From: Chrysomallon squamiferum
Taxonomy: Eukaryota > Animalia > Mollusca
Direction: 5' to 3'
Assembly (NCBI GenBank): GCA_012295275.1
Contig: CM022673.1
Span: 1 to 64,000, forward strand
DNA length: 64,000 nt
Shown here: in pieces, positions 55,581 through 64,000 of the stretch
How the letters are laid out: each line of letters starts with the position of its first letter
Numbering within the stretch: the stretch's first letter is position 1
Notes under the pieces: generated by a model
What the model saw: only the letters and a program-made list of their open reading frames with translations
Database searches by the model: none
What the model was told of the DNA's origin: nothing
Program-made: the position numbers and the translations under genes

Positions 55581-58500
55581 CCAATTCATTATGATCCTTT
55601 TATTATAAAATATGCTGTATATTATCATCTAATAATCTTGAAGCTTATTTAGAAATATTTTACTATTTTAATATATTAATTTTTATATGGTAAACTAATG
55701 ATGTTGTTTTAGTAACTGCTTTGGTTATTTTGGACAAAATAAATCACTATGATAGCATCTTGATAGTTTAAAAATCTTGATAAAATTCCTGACTGCAAAT
55801 TTACGAGTTGTCAGTTTTATAGTCATGTTATCCTTAATATAGTAATGATTGGGTAAAAGGATGAGTTTTGATTCAGCTGATATATTTTTATGAAACTTCC
55901 ATTCAAATGGATGCTGATAAAAATGGGTGGGTATGGAAGTAAATATTTAAATCAGATTGAAAAAAAAAAATGAAAAACAAAATCAGCATCATAATCATGA
56001 ATGGGGAACAAAACAGAATGGTTAGATATAATCTGTTCTTGTTTTGATAATATATTTTGTTTGTTTATGTATTCATATATAACATAATTACATTTAGAAA
56101 TTTTGTAATCCTGTATGAAGAGTGCATACTGTCAGTTTATATACAGTGAAGCCATTTTTATCTTGTTATATTAAGATATATTTTGTTAGTTTAGATATGT
56201 TTATGTATGTGTATATACACCATGATTTATATTTTTTATAAGAAATGCGATTTTGATAATAGAAATAATTAGTTTTGTTTTTTATGAACATTTGCTATTA
56301 TAATATAAATGTGACTTTTGTTTTTTCATTTTTTTTTATTCCTGATTTATAAGATTTTTATATTTTCATTTAGAAGTTACGTTTAACATAATTGTGATGA
56401 TGAACTGAATGTATTAATTTTATATTCAAATATTGTAAATATTCTGTTTGTCAGCTTTGCTTTTCACCACAATCAAACACAGATAAAGGTTATTTGTTAC
56501 TTTATTTAATAGTAGTGCATACCTATCTAGTCTCCTGTTGGCATTTTAGTCATCATTATTAGTGGTGCTTGTGGGATTTATGCATGGTAATGTATTACGC
56601 TTTTTAATATCAATATTATTGTTGTTCACGTTTTGAGGTGTTTTGTGGATGCATTTTTTTTTTTTTTTTTTTTTTTTAAATGGACTTTTTGTCCCACATT
56701 GTTTTTTTCTAGGTTTTTTTGTGGGTTTTTTTTTTTGTTTTTTTGTCTGAGGAGGGGGGGTTATTATTTTGTCTCTTTTTAATGATAATAGATTATTTAG
56801 AAGATTAACCTACATTTTTGAGTAAGATGATCATGGACTGAACATTAATCTCTGGTTGTAACTGCTAACATTTAGTTACGTTCAGTGCTGAATCATTATT
56901 TTGATACTGGTAAATGATGTGTGGTAATATATCTGCTTTTATTGTTACATATATTTATATATTTTCTTTTGTTGTTTTCAATTTTGAACTGAAATTACTA
57001 TTTATTTCAGTTAGAATATCTCCTCTTTGTTCCACTGAATCACTTTTTTCTAAAATTTGCTCATTCGAAAAGCATAATTCAGTTTGTTCTGTATTCTTTT
57101 TTCTTTTTACGTTTTTTCAACAAGTCTCATCAGTTTATCAGATTCTGAAAGTGTCAGTTTAGAAATATTTCTAACAATGGATCTTGAATAATGGTGAAAC
57201 ACCAATGGAAATTATAATTATTGAAGGAAAATATATTTTAAATGATTATCTCAATATATAATTTTCAGAATATTCTTTATGATACTAAAACCGTTTTAAC
57301 TTTCATGATTTAATGAGAATTTTAATGTATTACAAAAATATCCTCCATATAAAACTTCTTGGTTTTTATAATTAGCTATTTGTACATTTTACATATATAT
57401 ATGCATGTTAATCTTTTTTAGAGTTTATGTATGTACTTGGTGCATATAATACAGGTATCAGATTATTTATTCAACAAGGTTTTACATATATATATTACAA
57501 ATTAAACAGTGAAAACTAAAGAACTAAAAGGTTTTAACAGATATAAAATAATAACAGTTATAAAGTGGTTTTCTGGAAGCAACATAAATCATCTGATACC
57601 TGAAGTTTTACACTGTTATCCAATTAAAGAAATAAATACAAATATTTCATATTCACAATATCATAGTTGTTCTTAAATTGAATTTGTGAACAAACCAACA
57701 GTTGTATGTTTTTTTGTTATTCTCTTAATTTATCCACAAATACAGTTGAACAATACCAGTAAGTACTATTACAGGTATTGAGCAAATTAATTCTGTCACC
57801 AATTATTAACCAGGATGCACTAGGTTAAACATCTTTGATAAAATGCATTCCACACTACTTTTGATAACAATTCATAAAAAATCAAAACATTGAGATTCCC
57901 CCCGATTTATGAAAAGGCTTTATCCTTATTCCTTCTCTGGGAAGGTGCATTTAAAAGATTTTTTCCTGCTGATCAGTGGCATGGAAGCAGTGAATTTGCT
58001 ATCTCATATCATCATAATACAAAAATCAAACACCTTCACCTAATAACCCTAATATTTCATTGTTAAGCTGAACACTGAAGTTCAAGGGGGTAGAGAATTG
58101 TTTTAAAAATTAACACAAGATTCAGCAAAGATATAATAGGATTTATTTCATTTCTTAAAGAATAAATAGCATTGTACAATGTTAAAAGGTAAAGTTTCTC
58201 AAACAAATATGTAATGATATGGATGATAATGAAAACATTTATTTACATCAAGCATTGAAAGATATTATGACAGAATGTCTGCAGTAGTTATAAAACAAAA
58301 ACATACTTCACAAACAAATGCAATGCTGCACTGAAAAAACAAAAACACTCATGTCTGACAAATGACTTTTAAAATTAACATGAGCATGCTCAGAATGTCA
58401 TGAATGCTTTGAACAAAATATTAAAAATTTACTCATTTTTATAGTACATATTTATACACTAATAATAAAACAGCAACACACAATAAAAAAAAGTGAAATA

Positions 58501-61245
58501 ATAACAGCAATTTTAATATAGAGAACCCCAAGGAACTGTTAATGCATTTAAAATAGGTTAAGATACAGAAAATTTATCTAATTTTGTTGTTATCTGGTAA
58601 AAAGACCAGTAAACACTGGTAATGGATAATAGGAGAATTAAAATTATTTATGTATATACATATATATATATATATAAATGTGAAAGTATCCAGGGAGATT
58701 GGCAATAGTGTAGGATCATAGATGCATCTAATTATTTAAAAGACTAAGAAGAAGTTTATACAGAAGTTTATGTATCTGTCGCCTCTTCATCAGTGATTGA
58801 TAATCTTAAAGTTTCTCAAACTGGGTTTATACTTTTTTTGATTTTATAATTTTTATTTTGTTATTATTTAATTTTTTCAAAAAGTTTAATCCATTAATCA
58901 CTCATATATATATTTAGTATATTATTATATATGTATATAAATCTATACATTAAAAGTTTAACCACTTTCATCATTGTGAAATTTGTATATTTAACTGAAT
59001 GTAAAAAAACAATTGAGTATTTTTTATTAAACAAGATAAAAACAATTATATTTTTTTTAAATATGCATAACAACATTAGTTAACAGTCATGAAATAGTAA
59101 TAATAATAATGTTGAAAAAAACATTATAATTAAGATTAACAAATGATATGTGACATGAACTGATGAAGCAATTAAAAACTCAACATAATAAAATACATAA
59201 TTTACAAATTCTTATCATCATCATAAAAATAACAATAAAATAATTCCAGGCAGAAGCATAAGAACATAAATTATCAATAATGGGGTTGGAAACCTATATG
59301 ATGTCACTGTTCAACAGTAGGTATATATCACAAAATAATATGTATATTAACTTTAAAGAAAGTTTTTCATCAACCATTAACCTCATAACATGAAACCTGA
59401 ACATAGGGACAATCATAACAATGAATCAGTTAAATTTACTAATTTTAACATAAGCATAATATTTCATATGTATAATGCAACAGTTGAATAAACAATCCAC
59501 ATGCTTTATTTAATAAAAAAAAAAAAAAAATTGATCTACCACAGACGTATAGAGATATATATGCATTAACCGATTCAATAAATAAAAAAACGAAATGTCT
59601 GCATACCTGGATGCATATTTTTCATTTGTGTGAATACATACGTGCATGCTATTATACACACACACACACAAACAACTGCATACACACCTAAAAGCTGGCT
59701 GAAACATAACATTTATGAAATATTAAATAATGTATAAAGAAGTAATCTAAATATCTGGAGCAAGGCATCAGTAAATATATAAACCCTCTCTGCAACTAAG
59801 AGTAAAAAAAAAGTGTCAGGTTAAAATCTCTGGCAATGGTAATTTTGTATAAGAAGACAGCAGAAGAAATGTTCATTCATAAGGCATCGTTTTGATTAAA
59901 AAGAATTATACAACACATACTTGTAACATATCACAGATTGAATGAAATACATATTGCTTAGCCCAGCTGAACACAGTTTGTAATTTGTAAGATTACTGAA
60001 AAAACATAATGATAATACTTACATGGAAAATCAAAAATTATATATATCTAAGTTGGAAGTTTACTTTAGCGAAATTTTAATTTATATTTTTTATTTAATT
60101 CTACTTTTCTTTTTTAAATTTGTTAAAATTTATATTGTTTTTCAGAGGATTTTTTTCTTTTTTTTTGTTGGGTTCTTTATTATTATTTTTTTGTATGCAT
60201 TTGTTTTTTCTTTGAAGTTTGTGTTCCCACTAAAAGTTAAGTATTATCATTTACAAATTTTTGTACTGTGCTGAGATTTTGACAGATGTTTAAGTTTACC
60301 AAGAAAACAATTTAAAAAAATAAGGGAAGCACTGGGGTGAAGGAAGGAGATAGCCAATCTTTATTAATTCTGCCGTACTAACTGGACTTTAAAATATAAA
60401 ACTCATTAGAAGCTTGGAAATATTCCTCTCAAAGTTCATACCATTTTACAGTCAAACTGACCTCCAAACTTTTGTGTATATTTGTGTAAAAAAAAAAAAA
60501 AATGTTGTTATAGCCATTGAAGAAAAATTCAAACACTATATCAATAGGATTTTTTTTTTTTTTTTTTTTAATTGTAACATTTATAAGAAACATCCATAAT
60601 TAAGAAAATAACCAAGGCAAAAACCCACATCTTTTACAGCTTCCAGCTACTCTGCAGTATATGGAGAAAAACAAATTAATTTCAGAATAGTCTGTAGCAA
60701 AAAGTAAAGCAACAATCTCTCCTCTTTAAGAACTGTGTAAAGAACTACTAAGCAGAAGAAGTATTGTGGTTAATGTGTAGTTAAAATAACCCTGTTACAA
60801 GCTTCCACTGGATTATCACACTAAGATACTAGAAGCTGCTAGTAGGAATCTGTGTATCTTTTAGTTTCACTCATGTACAAATATCCTCAGAACATCCAGT
60901 CTCTTGGGAACAGTACTATCATTTTTGCAGAACTGTCATTTTATTTTTAAATTTACAAAATTAATTATTTCTTAAAATCTCCTCATTGCATCCACAGATT
61001 GAAGTGAACTGTACTATCATTTAAACAAAAATAATAATCTGGAATAATTATTTGTAAAAAATAAATAAAATAATACTGATCTGTTTTCACGTTTACCAAT
61101 TTCTTTTTCTCACATCCTTTCTTCTTTTGTATTTTTTCTTTCTTTTTGTTAATCACATTATCTACATAATACTTTTGTAAAAATCAGCAGAAACAAATTT
61201 TATTGTATCTATCCACAAGATTCTCTTTTTCCGATATTGCTGATG

Positions 61246-63637
61246 TCACATTTTGCGTAAGTAAGCTGACGGAGTGTAGCCGATGTGACCATCAGCGTCA
61301 ACATACCACCAGTCTGTATTGCCCTCTACATCACTCTTTGCCAGAACTGTTACTACCTGACCTTCAAACAAAGACACTTCATTTTCACTGCGAGCATCAA
61401 AGGCAAACTCTGCACAATAATACTGAAATGACCAAATAAAACAACTTTAATATTTTTTTCTGCAGTTATTTTTTAAGGTTTTGTCTAAAATCAGTAAATA
61501 AAATATTTCGTGTGTGTGTGTGTGTGTATGATTTTTGCATGTGCATGCTTGAATCAGTGTGTGTTATCTCCCTTCCCTTAAATAAAAACAAATAAAACAA
61601 AAACAAAAAAAGAATGAAGATTACTAAACATTGATTGATTAATTTTTCAAATAAATAGTATATATGGTTCTGATACATGCATTTCTTAAAATATCAGTAC
61701 TGAATCAACTATAATCTATAATCCATGTATAGCTTACATAAAAAGTTAAAAAAAATAAAAATAAATAAAAATAATAATAATTATCTCAGAAAATACTGAA
61801 CAATAATAAATTAGCTTACCTCTGGTGGTTGCTGCTGCTGTTGTTGTTGAGGCTGTGGTTCTGGTGTCAGTGATCGCTGAGGCTCTGGTGTCACCAGCAG
61901 CTGTGGGTACAAACCCTGGTCAGCAGACAATACTGAAGTTGTGTCAGATGTTGTCTCCCCCATCAGTGAACCTGCCATTAGCCCATCCAGACTGTTCACG
62001 CTACCAGCTGGAGATATACTTTCAGTAATCCAGGGAGTTAGAAACCGTTTTGGAAAAAATCCTTTTGTAACTGTAACAATAAAATAGAAGTTACCCCTTT
62101 TTTCTACAGAAAATCAAAAAATTAACTTTAAAAATTAAAACACAAGATTAATAGATTCTGAAATAATATAAATAATACTGAATTCTGTTCTGCCTAATGC
62201 AACTAAAATGTCTCAATTTTTCTTCTTTATTTTTTCCAATTTTTTATTAATTCTTTTTATTATTTCAATATAAAATACTAACAAAAATAAATAATGTTAT
62301 AAATTTAAACTTAATATTTTAACAAGCTGCCAACCTCCATCATCAATAAACCATTTTTCTTTGTTTCCCATCGGGTCCTGATCTTTTATGAGCCCAATCA
62401 TGTGGCCTTCATTCAGTGACATATCCATCACATCAGTGGCTTTGTAGGTGCTCTGTACACGAAACAACTTGTCAGCAGGGTAGATCTGACGGAGATAAAC
62501 TCGCTGGCTGTCACTCTGGGGACTAGGTGGGGCAGTCTGAAATTATCACAATATTTCTGTAATTAGTTAAGATTTAAAAATAATATTACAAAAATGTTAT
62601 TCATGGAATATTATAGGTTTTAAAAAAAATAATAGTAACAATTAAGAAAATTAAATTTAAAGGCTTAACAGTAAAATCACAACTTTAAAACAACTGTATT
62701 TACTTAAAATGAAATAAAAAAGCGTAACTTCCATATGTATGTATGTTTGTATGTATGTAAATATGTATGTATGTCATGTGTATGAAAAGGAAAAATTCAT
62801 TAATTAACACAATATATACAATATATATGTGCTATACAATTTCAAATATGCTACCACGTTTGATTTGGTGCTGTTCATTTCCCACGACATTCGTTTCTGC
62901 TTCTTGTCCATCTTATTTAAAGTGTCCAACTTTGGATTGAATCCCCGTGGTATGAAAGACAGCTGTGAGACCTTGTCCAGTTCCACTGTGTGTCTCACAT
63001 TGAATGTATCTATAATGCTGTCTTCAGTATTCAGTAACAGTGGCAACTGAAATTCATTACAGGATCAAATTAAAGCAAAAACAAATGGCAGATGAAGAAA
63101 ATACTAGATGGATAGATGGATGGGAACAGATTGGCAGGGTAAACTGTTGTACCTTATTTATAAAGATGTGTTTTCTACAAGGACTTATTTCATTCAGTGA
63201 AATGCATGAGCATGTATTTTTATCTGTAGACAGACAAAAATGCAGACACAAACACAGACATACAAACACACAATTACAAACACACACATACACACACTCA
63301 CATATTAACGAACATGAACACATACACACATTCACACACTAAAAGTACTGATGATGTACAGCACAGCTATATGATGGCTTTTAGTTTTTTTTATTATTTT
63401 AAAATACACAGTTAGGTCAGCTCACCTCATGAAGCAAAAGACTGTAAAAGATTTTACCTGCATCAACACACAAGTTTCTTTCAAAGTTTTGTCCATGAAA
63501 GTCTTCTGTGCTTTGACGAAGACCCCAGAACATTCAGTGAGAAGTTTGTAGGCCATGCTGTAGAACTTTGGTAGCTCATCCAGCAGTTGGGCATTCATTG
63601 CCTCATAATCATTCTTGGTTGAAAGTAAAGCATCAGT
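61246..63637 (-). CDS. DNMBP: Dynamin-binding protein (Tuba) homologue, 3' exons: end of the BAR domain plus two C-terminal SH3 domains; the gene continues past the window end
   Basis: Exons: 63637-63458 (NDYEAMNAQLLDELPKF, BAR); 63046-~62855; 62536-62335 (IYPADKLF...GLIKDQDPMGNKEKWFIDDG, SH3); 62070-61820 (VTKGFFPKRFL...polyQ); 61422-61246 (AEFAFDARSENEVSL...GNTDWWYVDADGHIGYTPSAYLRKM*). The motifs are recognisable as the DNMBP/ARHGEF37/38 family. Confidence 0.88.
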
Positions 63638-64000
63638 CTACATACAGCAAAACAAATGACTTTTTTAATTCCTGATTATCTTTTTACCCATAAGCACAGA
63701 TAAGTACAGTTGGCATTAACACAAATACACAAGCATTCATTCATTCATTTTTGCACACAGACATTACAATAAAATTTCCTTTTTTTTTACAAAAATCTAA
63801 ATATATGGCTCTGTGCATTGACAAACCTACCAACAGTGTGCAAATGCATGCATGTTCTCAAATAAATTTCCGTTTACTTTTATATAAACATTTAGCTCTT
63901 AACACACCCACACCCACATAAATTCATGTACTTCTGCAACTGACAATGCAAATGAATATGTGTGATTAAGTAAAATTCAAATATCTGACTGACGGATTTA

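Overview
Eukaryotic (invertebrate, probably lophotrochozoan/mollusc-like; inferred) AT- and microsatellite-rich DNA. Positions 1-5254 are about 14 monomers of a ~374-bp satellite that ends abruptly. Positions 6.3-50.7 kb hold a minus-strand tandem cluster of four related genes, reconstructed here exon by exon. All four end in PLAC-like six-Cys modules plus a GPI-signal-like tail. Copies A and B are full-length MIG-17-like ADAM/ADAMTS-type (M12B) metalloprotease genes with intact HExxH motifs but with frameshifts or stops. Copy C is a protease-less, ~1100-aa Ser/Thr/Asp repeat mucin. Copy D is the only lesion-free member; it lacks the prodomain exons and has the catalytic Glu replaced by Val (HVLGHSLGAKH), so it is a predicted pseudoprotease. 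An inverted copy of the Met-turn exon lies between copies A and B. Next comes a divergently oriented 3-exon gene for a Pro/Tyr-rich tail-anchored protein with PPSY and PSAP motifs, then the 3' exons of a DNMBP/Tuba homologue. Exon coordinates were read by eye. Single-base lesions could be assembly errors.
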